In this document: positions 16,521 to 23,610 of the stretch, piece after piece
Numbering within the stretch: the stretch's first letter is position 1
How the letters are laid out: every line of letters begins with the position of its first letter
NCBI GenBank assembly: GCA_965364395.1
Contig: CBDTXE010000001.1
Location: 1 to 37,879, forward strand
DNA length: 37,879 nucleotides
Direction: 5' to 3'
From: an uncultured bacterium
GTDB taxonomy: Bacteria > Patescibacteriota > Saccharimonadia > UBA4664 > SCTI01
Made by a program: the position numbers and the translations under genes
The notes under the pieces: generated by a model
What the model saw: the letters and a program-made list of their open reading frames with translations, nothing else
What the model was told of the DNA's origin: nothing
Database searches by the model: none

Positions 16521-16566
16521 GGTGCGCCCCGCCATACCCGTCCGCGGGTCCCTGGCGGGGCACGCC
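16521..16566 (+). terminator. composite GC-rich hairpin after the methyltransferase, with no U-tract
   Basis: GCCCCGCC...GGCGGGGC forms 8 perfect bp plus an outer extension. An inner stem ACCCG-tccg-CGGGT is also present. Confidence 0.45.
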
Positions 16567-16574
16567 AAAAGTTT

Positions 16575-16583
16575 TGATATAAT
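16575..16583 (+). promoter_or_regulatory. extended -10 promoter element (TGaTATAAT), about 210 nt upstream of rnj
   Basis: Read directly. No good -35 was seen. Confidence 0.35.
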
Positions 16584-16792
16584 CGCCGCAGTTGAGAGTA
16601 ACTCAGCGTGACCCATCCGGTCTCGATGAGCTGTTCTCAACCTTTAAGAGGAAATGAGAAAAGTATCTCGCAGCCGTTCTTAACGGCATAGCTTCCGCTG
16701 CGCATGCAGCTGTCTCAAGGCTTTATCCTTGCGACTCGTGAATATGAATAGTAAGTAAATCCGGATATAAGAATTCCGGTAGAAAGACGTAT

Positions 16793-18454
16793 ATGAATAA
16801 AACTAAACTACGCATCATCCCGCTAGGCGGCGTTGGTGAAATTGGCAAGAACATGAACGCGCTGGAATACGGCGACGACATTATAATCCTGGATCTTGGA
16901 TCTAAGTTTGCGTCGGATGACGAACCTGGCGTGGATGCTATCCTGCCTGACACCCGTTACCTTGAGCGCAACAAACATAAGATTCGAGGCGCAGTTATAA
17001 CCCATGGGCACATGGACCATATTGGCGGCGTTGGCCATTTTCTGAAAAAGTTCCCGGTGCCGGTTTTTGGGGCTCCGTTTACTATTGCCATGATCAAAAG
17101 GCAGCTTGAAGAGGCTGGATTGCACTTCAAACCACAACTACGAGTAATTAATCCGGACACGCATGAAAGGGTGCAATTGGGCCAATTTAATATTGAGTTG
17201 GTCCGTGTCGGCCATCCCATTCCTGACGCGACTGCTATCGTGATTCGTACGCCTGTCGGCGTGGTTGTCGATACAGGCGATTGGCGTTTCGAGGATGACC
17301 CAATCATCGGTCGCCCAATGGACATAGCGCGTTTTAAGGAGCTTGCCCAGGAAGGGGTAACACTGTTGATGGGCGACAGCACCAACGCGTTGGTTCCGGG
17401 TTCCACGGCAAAAGAAAGAGACATTGTGCCCGCATTTGACGAGCTGTTTAGCCGGGCACCGGGACGCGTCATACTGTCGATGTTTGCCAGCAACATTTTT
17501 AGGATCCAGCTTGCAATCAACGCTACGGCTAAGAGCGGACGAAAGCTGGTAGTGACCGGTCGAAGCATGCTGGCAAACATCGAGACAGCCATAAATACCG
17601 GCCACCTTAAAGTGCCGGCTGGGCTGATAGCCCGTACCGCAGACGGTATTGCGAGTTCAAGGATCACTATTCTGACCACCGGATCACAAGGCGAGCCTAA
17701 TTCAGGTCTTTGGCGCATGGCTGCCGGAGAGCATAAGGCTGTGAAGATTAAGCCAGGCGACTCGGTGATCCTGAGCTCCAGTATCATTCCGGGAAACTGG
17801 GAAAGGATCAATGAACTGGTTGACTCGTTGATGCGAGAGGGCGCGAAGGTCTACCAGCACAGTACCCGGCACTTGGACGGGGCAGGTATTTTGCATGCTT
17901 CCGGCCATGCCAGCCGAGAGGATTTGATGGCATTGCTGAAGCTATTGAAGCCAAAACACCTTGTGCCAATCCACGGAAACTACTCCATGCAGCTGGCGCA
18001 TGCCAGTATTGCTGGGAGGGCGGGCATTGGGGATAACAATATTTTCATTCTCAATATCGGAAACGTATTGGAGCTTTCCAGTAAGAGCGTAATGCTTGGA
18101 GAGCCAGTAGAGTCAGGTGAAATTTATCTACAGGGCTTGTTGGAAGGACGCTTGGGGGACGAAGTAATACATGAACGTGTGAAATTGAGTAGCGAAGGAG
18201 TCGTAATTGTAAACGCAGTTGTCAGTGCTACCAGCGGAAAGCTCATGGGTAGGCCAAGTATCGTTTCCCGCGGGTTCGTCCACATGAAAGACAACCAGCC
18301 ATTGATTAACCAAATTGCTTTGGAATCACGGAAGGCTATCGAAAAAGCCTGCGGTGTTTCAGTTGAGATTTCCGTACGTGAGTACATTGGAGACCAAATC
18401 AAAAAGGCAACCGGCCGCCAGCCCTTAGTGCTGACTGCCATCACGAAGGTATAA
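16793..18454 (+). CDS. rnj: ribonuclease J
   Basis: Metallo-beta-lactamase motif HGHMDHIGG, a beta-CASP region and the typical RNase J length and C-terminal domain. Confidence 0.93.
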   Translation: MNKTKLRIIPLGGVGEIGKNMNALEYGDDIIILDLGSKFASDDEPGVDAILPDTRYLERNKHKIRGAVITHGHMDHIGGVGHFLKKFPVPVFGAPFTIAMIKRQLEEAGLHFKPQLRVINPDTHERVQLGQFNIELVRVGHPIPDATAIVIRTPVGVVVDTGDWRFEDDPIIGRPMDIARFKELAQEGVTLLMGDSTNALVPGSTAKERDIVPAFDELFSRAPGRVILSMFASNIFRIQLAINATAKSGRKLVVTGRSMLANIETAINTGHLKVPAGLIARTADGIASSRITILTTGSQGEPNSGLWRMAAGEHKAVKIKPGDSVILSSSIIPGNWERINELVDSLMREGAKVYQHSTRHLDGAGILHASGHASREDLMALLKLLKPKHLVPIHGNYSMQLAHASIAGRAGIGDNNIFILNIGNVLELSSKSVMLGEPVESGEIYLQGLLEGRLGDEVIHERVKLSSEGVVIVNAVVSATSGKLMGRPSIVSRGFVHMKDNQPLINQIALESRKAIEKACGVSVEISVREYIGDQIKKATGRQPLVLTAITKV

Positions 18455-18984
18455 TGGCACATATGAATAAGCGGCATGTTCTAATAATCCGAGGGTATCC
18501 TGGAAGCGGGAAAACCTCGGTGGGGAAAACTTTAGAGCATGATGGCTACGGTAGATTCGTCGACCACAACGCCATCCTGACGTTCATCGCGTCTATAACT
18601 GGTGACGATGAGGGCATTTATGACGACATACATTCATTGGAGCTGGCTATGGTAAGGAAAATCCTTGCCGATGATTCATCAGTTATTGTGGCGCGCGGGT
18701 TTTCATCGGCGGCATCCATTAGGCCGTACAGGGATGTCGTAAAAAGGAGCGGATGCAAAGTCACGATCATAAGGCTGCAGGCAGAACTTTCTGAACTGAA
18801 GGTGGGAGTGCAGGCCATAGAACGAAAGACAGAATTCAATCCTACGGTATCGGCAGAAGCGCTTCAGCGTTGGATCAAAAACAACCCAATTGAGCCGGTG
18901 GATGATGAGGTTATCATTGACGCGTCACCTGATTTGCAAAGCGTTGTTGCCGCGGCAAAAAGATGCATCAGCGCAGCATGGTGA
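18454..18984 (+). CDS. P-loop NTPase/kinase (AAA_33-like)
   Basis: Walker A GYPGSGKTS. The start overlaps the rnj stop as TAATG. Confidence 0.72.
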   Translation: MAHMNKRHVLIIRGYPGSGKTSVGKTLEHDGYGRFVDHNAILTFIASITGDDEGIYDDIHSLELAMVRKILADDSSVIVARGFSSAASIRPYRDVVKRSGCKVTIIRLQAELSELKVGVQAIERKTEFNPTVSAEALQRWIKNNPIEPVDDEVIIDASPDLQSVVAAAKRCISAAW

Positions 18985-19007
18985 CTAAAAAGTGAGTGGG
19001 GGAGGGC

Positions 19008-19337
19008 CTACACCCCACAATCGCATCCCTTAGCCTTCAATATGCCAACTTGCTCTTGCATGGTATTTATAAAATTGTCCTGGATAGCCGAGCCGGTAGC
19101 CTTTAAGGGATCAAGGGGGCTATGGTGCCGGTAACCGCGGCGCTCCATCTCCTCTACCAGTTGCTCGTGCCTGGAGTATAGGGCGGCCAGTTTGCCCTGC
19201 CAGCGCCGCGTTTCGGGGTGTCTGGAATACCCGGACTTGGCTTCGGTAAGTACCGTCCATACGGCGTGCAGCTCGCGGTGCTCCCCCAGCAAATGAACCC
19301 GGCATAACTTTTCCGGCGGCAAGTCCCATATGCGCAT
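19008..19337 (-). CDS. pyrimidine dimer DNA glycosylase/AP lyase (endonuclease V, DenV-like)
   Basis: MRIWDL.PE.LC..HLLGEHRELH...GYS.HPET.RW matches the Pyr_excise family pattern. Confidence 0.8.
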   Translation of the reverse strand: MRIWDLPPEKLCRVHLLGEHRELHAVWTVLTEAKSGYSRHPETRRWQGKLAALYSRHEQLVEEMERRGYRHHSPLDPLKATGSAIQDNFINTMQEQVGILKAKGCDCGV

Positions 19338-19387
19338 GTACCTAGATTAGCAGGAATGCCACCTGCTGGGTGGGTAGCATATCACTA

Positions 19388-19416
19388 TTGCCATTAAATG
19401 AAGGTGATGGTATAAA
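19388..19416 (+). promoter_or_regulatory. sigma70-like promoter (TTGCCA-N17-TATAAA)
   Basis: Read directly. It points toward the terminator and the tRNA-Gln pair. Confidence 0.45.
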
Positions 19417-19505
19417 ACTAATGCTATGAATGCTGTATTTCAACAACGGGAGTGCCATTAATCCGCCAAGCGGCTCTTTGTTGTATCGACAATATCCAAG
19501 AAGCA

Positions 19506-19530
19506 AGCGCCGCTAGAGCGGCGCTTTTTG
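19506..19530 (+). terminator. canonical intrinsic terminator 2 nt upstream of tRNA-Gln
   Basis: AGCGCCGC-taga-GCGGCGCT (8 bp) followed by TTTTGTT. Confidence 0.6.
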
Positions 19531-19531
19531 T

Positions 19532-19605
19532 TGCCTTGTCGTCTAACGGTAGGACGCCTGACTCTGGATCAGGTAATTATGGTTCGAATCCATGCGAGGC
19601 AGCCA
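19532..19605 (+). tRNA. tRNA-Gln (anticodon CTG), CCA encoded
   Basis: U1:A72 pair, anticodon arm CCTGA-CTCTGGA-TCAGG and T loop GGTTCGAATCC. Confidence 0.88.
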
Positions 19606-19608
19606 TAG

Positions 19609-19685
19609 TCGGAGGTAGACAAATTGGTAAAGTCGCCTGGCTTTGACCCAGGAGCTTGAAGGTTCAAGTCCTTCCCTCCGAGCCA
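19609..19685 (+). tRNA. tRNA-Gln (anticodon TTG), CCA encoded
   Basis: U1:A72 pair, anticodon arm CCTGG-CTTTGAC-CCAGG and T arm GAAGG-TTCAAGT-CCTTC. It lies 3 nt after the previous tRNA. Confidence 0.88.
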
Positions 19686-19699
19686 GCTATAATAACCAT

Positions 19700-20125
19700 G
19701 TGGAACATCAAAGCCATGAAGGCGAAATAATCAAAGACTATTTGGATGACTTACGAAAAGTTGGTCCGTCCAAGCCTCTAGGCTATCTTCCGTTGCCTAC
19801 GATTGAAAAATTTGCGCCCTATTCCGCGGAAGGTATTGCAGAGGAAAGAAAGCGAAATGGCCAGGAAGTCCTCCAGCTTTCAGAAGACCAATGCCATGTT
19901 ACTGGGGGCGCATTGTATGTGTATGACCGTGAAGTACTCCAAAGGTTATTGGACGAGCATACCGATATTCTGACAAAGTGGTCGTGGCCTACTTCTGCGG
20001 ACGAATTTGTATTAAAGCTAGCAACGGAAACCGCAACGCCCAAAACGGCACTATTTGACCTGGTAGCAGACTCGTTCGCTGACAACAATAATCCCGGTCG
20101 AACTGATAGCCCGGCTATAGACTAA
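19700..20125 (+). CDS. hypothetical protein (start uncertain; GTG at 19700 or TTG near 19742)
   Basis: The ORF frame is open from inside tRNA-Gln, and there is no in-frame ATG after the tRNA. No family was recognised. Confidence 0.45.
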   Translation: MEHQSHEGEIIKDYLDDLRKVGPSKPLGYLPLPTIEKFAPYSAEGIAEERKRNGQEVLQLSEDQCHVTGGALYVYDREVLQRLLDEHTDILTKWSWPTSADEFVLKLATETATPKTALFDLVADSFADNNNPGRTDSPAID

Positions 20126-20169
20126 CCCACGCAAACATGACATAATGTGTCATTCTGTCTTCCTGATGG

Positions 20170-20820
20170 ATGCATTCGTGTGACAACCTCGACGGAAGGA
20201 CTCCTTTGTACGAAACGTATTCGGAAATCGTGCTGAAGTACCTGCTGGGCCCGTTGCTGGCACTGGCGTGCTTGCTCGCCGTGCGCGATCTCATCAAGGA
20301 TCGGGAGCGCAGTGTCTGGGCCTGGCTGCTGGTCGGCCTGACAATGCTCTATCCACTCGGAAAGCTCTGCGCCTATTGGCAGGTGGGGCCAAACGCGTTC
20401 CGGTGGTGGATGGGCGACTTCGGCTCCATCGCATTCTACGGAATGTTCGTGGCGCAATGGGTTGCCGTCCGCCGTACCGGTACCTACGACGTTTTCCGCG
20501 TCTGGTTGCCCGTTGGTGCCACTGTGCTGGCAGCAGCATGCATCTTGGAAGGACTGCAGTACGTCGCTCAGGCCCAGAACTCGGGTGGTCTGTCCGCCCG
20601 CTGGGACCCCATCGACTTGCTCAGTTACTTCCTGGGTTTCGCGGTCGCAACCTTGTTGGTTTGGCTGCACCAGCGCCAGTACGGCCGCCGGCTTGCCGAG
20701 TGGGAGGCGCAGGTGGCCATGGCCAAGCAGGAGCGCTCGCGTGAACAGGCGCAGCGCGCCGAATCACGTCGGCCGCGGGGGAAGCAGAAGAAGCGCCGCC
20801 ACGGCACAAGCCGCCGTTAG
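20170..20820 (+). CDS. hypothetical 5-TM membrane protein with a highly basic C-terminal tail (GC-rich, foreign-looking)
   Basis: About five hydrophobic helices, then a QERSREQAQRAESRRPRGKQKKRRHG tail. GC3 is very high. An alternative TTG start at 20206 has SD GGAAGGA. Confidence 0.62.
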   Translation: MHSCDNLDGRTPLYETYSEIVLKYLLGPLLALACLLAVRDLIKDRERSVWAWLLVGLTMLYPLGKLCAYWQVGPNAFRWWMGDFGSIAFYGMFVAQWVAVRRTGTYDVFRVWLPVGATVLAAACILEGLQYVAQAQNSGGLSARWDPIDLLSYFLGFAVATLLVWLHQRQYGRRLAEWEAQVAMAKQERSREQAQRAESRRPRGKQKKRRHGTSRR

Positions 20821-20860
20821 CCGTCCATGGCAACACTTAACGGCGCACGACGGTGCTCAT

Positions 20861-20883
20861 CGCCCCCGCTTCAAGCGGGGGCG
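20861..20883 (+). terminator. 9 bp GC-rich hairpin after CDS 20170..20820, with no U-tract
   Basis: CGCCCCCGC-ttcaa-GCGGGGGCG. Confidence 0.45.
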
Positions 20884-20931
20884 TATCATTTATAGTTACT
20901 CCGCATAAGTTTCAAGGCATATAATACCATC

Positions 20932-21840
20932 ATGAAAATACTTCTATTGTCCGGCGGCGCTTCTAATGAAAGGGAAGTATCCCTGCGCTCGGGTGCCAAT
21001 ATGGAGGCCGCACTCATCAAGGCCGGCTATGAAGTTGTCCGGCGTGATCCTGCAGAGACGGGTTTTGATCTCAGCACGGAGACAAAAGGCGTTGATATGG
21101 TATTTCCGATCTTGCACGGCTCCGGCGGCGAGGATGGGGTGCTGCAGACCCAGATGGAGGCTTTGAAAGTGCCCTTCCTTGGTTGCGGCTCGTCGGCGTC
21201 AAAGCTGACATTCAATAAAGTTGAGTACAAAAAATGCCTGGCAGAGCATGGCATTCTGACGCCAAACTGGCAGGTGGTTGAGCCCAATGATTTTGCCGAG
21301 TCCGGCCTCGCGCGCGAATCGTTTGTGCTGAAGCCGATCGAGGGCGGGTCGAGCATCGACACGTTCATCGTGCATAACCCTTCAGGCCAAAAGCTGGATT
21401 TCAGTGAGCCACTCGGGCGCTACGGGTCGATGCTTCTGGAAGAGCTGGTAGAGGGACAGGAGTTGACCGTGGGAGTGTTGGGTGATGAAGCGTTGCCCGT
21501 CATACTCATCATTCCGCCGTCAGGAGAGGAATTTGATTACGAAAACAAGTACAACGGCAAGACCCAGGAGATAACCAATCCGGAAGAAGTACCCAAGGCA
21601 GTTCAAGCCGAGGCTCAGAAACTGGCACTTAAGGTTCACATGCTGATGGGCTGCCGGCATATGTCGCGTACTGATCTGATAGTAACGCCGGGAGGCTCCA
21701 TATATGTCTTGGAAACCAATACCATCCCCGGGCTAACGGAGCAAAGCCTGTTCCCAAAGGCGGCGATGGCGAGAGGAATCAAGCTATCACATTTGGCCCA
21801 ATGCCTGGTGTCGTTGGTTGAAGGAGACTTTAGCTCATGA
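20932..21840 (+). CDS. ddl: D-alanine--D-alanine ligase
   Basis: MKILLLSGG.S.EREVSL.SG, an ATP-grasp region and C-terminal E.NT.PG.T..S..P. Confidence 0.92.
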   Translation: MKILLLSGGASNEREVSLRSGANMEAALIKAGYEVVRRDPAETGFDLSTETKGVDMVFPILHGSGGEDGVLQTQMEALKVPFLGCGSSASKLTFNKVEYKKCLAEHGILTPNWQVVEPNDFAESGLARESFVLKPIEGGSSIDTFIVHNPSGQKLDFSEPLGRYGSMLLEELVEGQELTVGVLGDEALPVILIIPPSGEEFDYENKYNGKTQEITNPEEVPKAVQAEAQKLALKVHMLMGCRHMSRTDLIVTPGGSIYVLETNTIPGLTEQSLFPKAAMARGIKLSHLAQCLVSLVEGDFSS

Positions 21841-22226
21841 GTGATTCAAATGACCCACATATGCCGACCATGGCCCATTACCTTGACGCTCATAGTGAGG
21901 TTAAGCATTTGTACGAGTATTTCCGGCATTACATATGCGGCTTGGGCGACGTTGAGGTCTCCCAGACTAAGGCCCAGGCCAGCTTTGGAAGCAGCCGCAA
22001 GTTTGCTTGGGCATGGCTGCCGCAACTGTGGATCGCGAATGCTCCAAAAGAGGGGCTGGTGATCAGTTTCCGTCTTGATCATCCAGTGGAGCACCCCGTG
22101 ATAAAAGAATGCCTTGAGCCCAGCCCCGGCAACTGGATGCATCACGTAGAAGTGGCTAACCCATCCGATTTGGATGAGAACCTCCGTGGCTGGCTGCGGC
22201 AAGCTTACGAATTGGCCCTGAAATAA
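21837..22226 (+). CDS. DUF5655-like hypothetical protein
   Basis: The pattern SRKFAWAWL...HHVEV....DLDE.L..WL..AY matches the DUF5655 pattern as I recall it. The start overlaps the ddl stop as ATGA. Confidence 0.6.
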   Translation: MSDSNDPHMPTMAHYLDAHSEVKHLYEYFRHYICGLGDVEVSQTKAQASFGSSRKFAWAWLPQLWIANAPKEGLVISFRLDHPVEHPVIKECLEPSPGNWMHHVEVANPSDLDENLRGWLRQAYELALK

Positions 22227-22263
22227 TGCCGCGATAGCTGCCGCTCCTGCTATTATCATTACC

Positions 22264-22743
22264 ATGCATATATCCGTAAGGTCGGCAAACCCGGACGACG
22301 CCAACTTAATCGCTGAAATTATGACCGAGGCGATGAATTATAAGCGCAAGCACGGCGACGATGCCTGGGGCTCGGAGCCATACACCGAGGCTGAGGTGAC
22401 TCCATTACTGAAAGACGCATACGTTGTGCGGAGTGGCCAGTTGGCGGCCGGGACCGTTTCATTGCAGTGGGAGGATGAGCTATGGGGCGATGCGGGGCGG
22501 GATGCTGGATTCATCCACCGCCTGGCGATAAGGGACCAGTTCCATGGCCAACAGCTGGGAAGGGCGATTATTGATTGGGCGGAAGAGAGAGCCAAGGAGA
22601 AAGGGCTAAAAAGCCTCAGGTTAGATTGCCCCGCGTCCAACAAGGGATTAATAGCGTATTACCAAAGCCAAGGATTCAGCCAAGTAGGAACCGTTTATAA
22701 GAATACTCGAGTCAATGCTTTGTTGGAGAAGCGGGTTTTTTGA
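22264..22743 (+). CDS. GNAT family N-acetyltransferase
   Basis: Acetyl-CoA binding motif RLAIRDQFHGQQLGRAIIDWAEERAKEKG and C-terminal YY...GF. Confidence 0.85.
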   Translation: MHISVRSANPDDANLIAEIMTEAMNYKRKHGDDAWGSEPYTEAEVTPLLKDAYVVRSGQLAAGTVSLQWEDELWGDAGRDAGFIHRLAIRDQFHGQQLGRAIIDWAEERAKEKGLKSLRLDCPASNKGLIAYYQSQGFSQVGTVYKNTRVNALLEKRVF

Positions 22744-22812
22744 GCTGGTAATTATGCCATGTCGCGCTAGTCGGCGCGGCTGTATACTTTCTGGATAACT
22801 TGGGAGAAATTC

Positions 22813-23316
22813 ATGCAAATATTCAAGCCCTGCATCTGGTTTGAGGGGACGGCGGAAGAGGCAATGAACCATTATGTGGCCGCTTTCAATAATTCGCGCA
22901 TCAAACATATTGAGCGCTACACGGGAGATATGGGAATCCCCGGCGAGAAAGAGCTCGCCGGAAAGGTGTTGACCGGAGTTTTTGAGCTTGAGGGTCAGGA
23001 ATTCATGTGTTTGGATGGCGGACCCCAATTTAAAATGGGCGGGGCCATTTCATTTGTATTTGAGTTTGAAACGCAGGAAGAAATCGACAAGGTCTGGGAC
23101 AAACTCCTGGAGGGTGGTACGCCGATGCAGTGCGGGTGGATCACTGACAAGTTTGGCGTTACCTGGCAGATCACGCCGGCTAGCCTCGGGCGGCTGCTCA
23201 GCGACGAGAACGCGACGCCCGAGCAGAAAAAAGCGGTAATGGAAGCGATGATGCCCATGGTGAAGCTGGAGAAGGATAAGCTGGAAGCCGCTTTCTATGA
23301 GGCCAAAGCCAGCTAA
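22813..23316 (+). CDS. VOC/glyoxalase-fold protein (PhnB-like, 3-demethylubiquinone-9 3-methyltransferase domain family)
   Basis: P.IWF.G.AEEA...Y...F, F..LDGGP.F..., CGW..DKFGV.WQI. Confidence 0.82.
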   Translation: MQIFKPCIWFEGTAEEAMNHYVAAFNNSRIKHIERYTGDMGIPGEKELAGKVLTGVFELEGQEFMCLDGGPQFKMGGAISFVFEFETQEEIDKVWDKLLEGGTPMQCGWITDKFGVTWQITPASLGRLLSDENATPEQKKAVMEAMMPMVKLEKDKLEAAFYEAKAS

Positions 23317-23472
23317 ACCCTCTATTCCGCTGTGCTTGCAGGCGCGCCGGATGAGCGGATAATTATATTAAGTCTAGAACAGCGCAAAAACGGCGCTGAG
23401 CTATAGCCCCAATGAGAGCGTATTGGGATTAAGTAGCGTAACTTCTCGGCCTTAAAGCTCGAGGGAGAAGTT

Positions 23473-23610
23473 ATGGCTAAGGATCGTATACCACTGTCGG
23501 TTTTTTTGCGCCGAAAAGAAGGCGATAAAAGACAAGAGAACGTCCTAAAGGAGCGCCGTTTTGAAGAAGTTGCGAGCAAGCTAATGCCGGGATGGCGCGT
23601 TAAGCAATAG
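23473..23610 (+). CDS. candidate small basic protein (45 aa), below the ORF-track length cutoff
   Basis: SD GAGGGAG lies 5 nt upstream of the ATG. The product is MAKDRIPLSVFLRRKEGDKRQENVLKERRFEEVASKLMPGWRVKQ. The stop abuts the convergent reductase stop. Confidence 0.3.
   Translation: MAKDRIPLSVFLRRKEGDKRQENVLKERRFEEVASKLMPGWRVKQ

Noticed and set aside
13176-16566. Classical integrative element (tRNA-targeting island with integrase and att repeats)
   Set aside because: No integrase, recombinase or transposase ORF was seen. I found no repeat of the tRNA-Arg or tRNA-His 3' end at the far boundary. I therefore describe it only as a compositional island.
16957-17811. 284 aa minus-strand ORF
   Set aside because: It is antisense to RNase J, has no motifs and is Ser/Pro/Arg-rich.
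19452-19646. 64 aa plus-strand ORF, and the 5' part of ORF 19643..20125
   Set aside because: Both overlap the two tRNA-Gln genes. The downstream CDS was trimmed to start after the tRNA.
23322-23579. 85 aa minus-strand ORF
   Set aside because: It has Ser/Arg-rich junk-like sequence and no SD. The plus-strand 45-codon ORF with a strong SD explains the region better, although it is itself low confidence.
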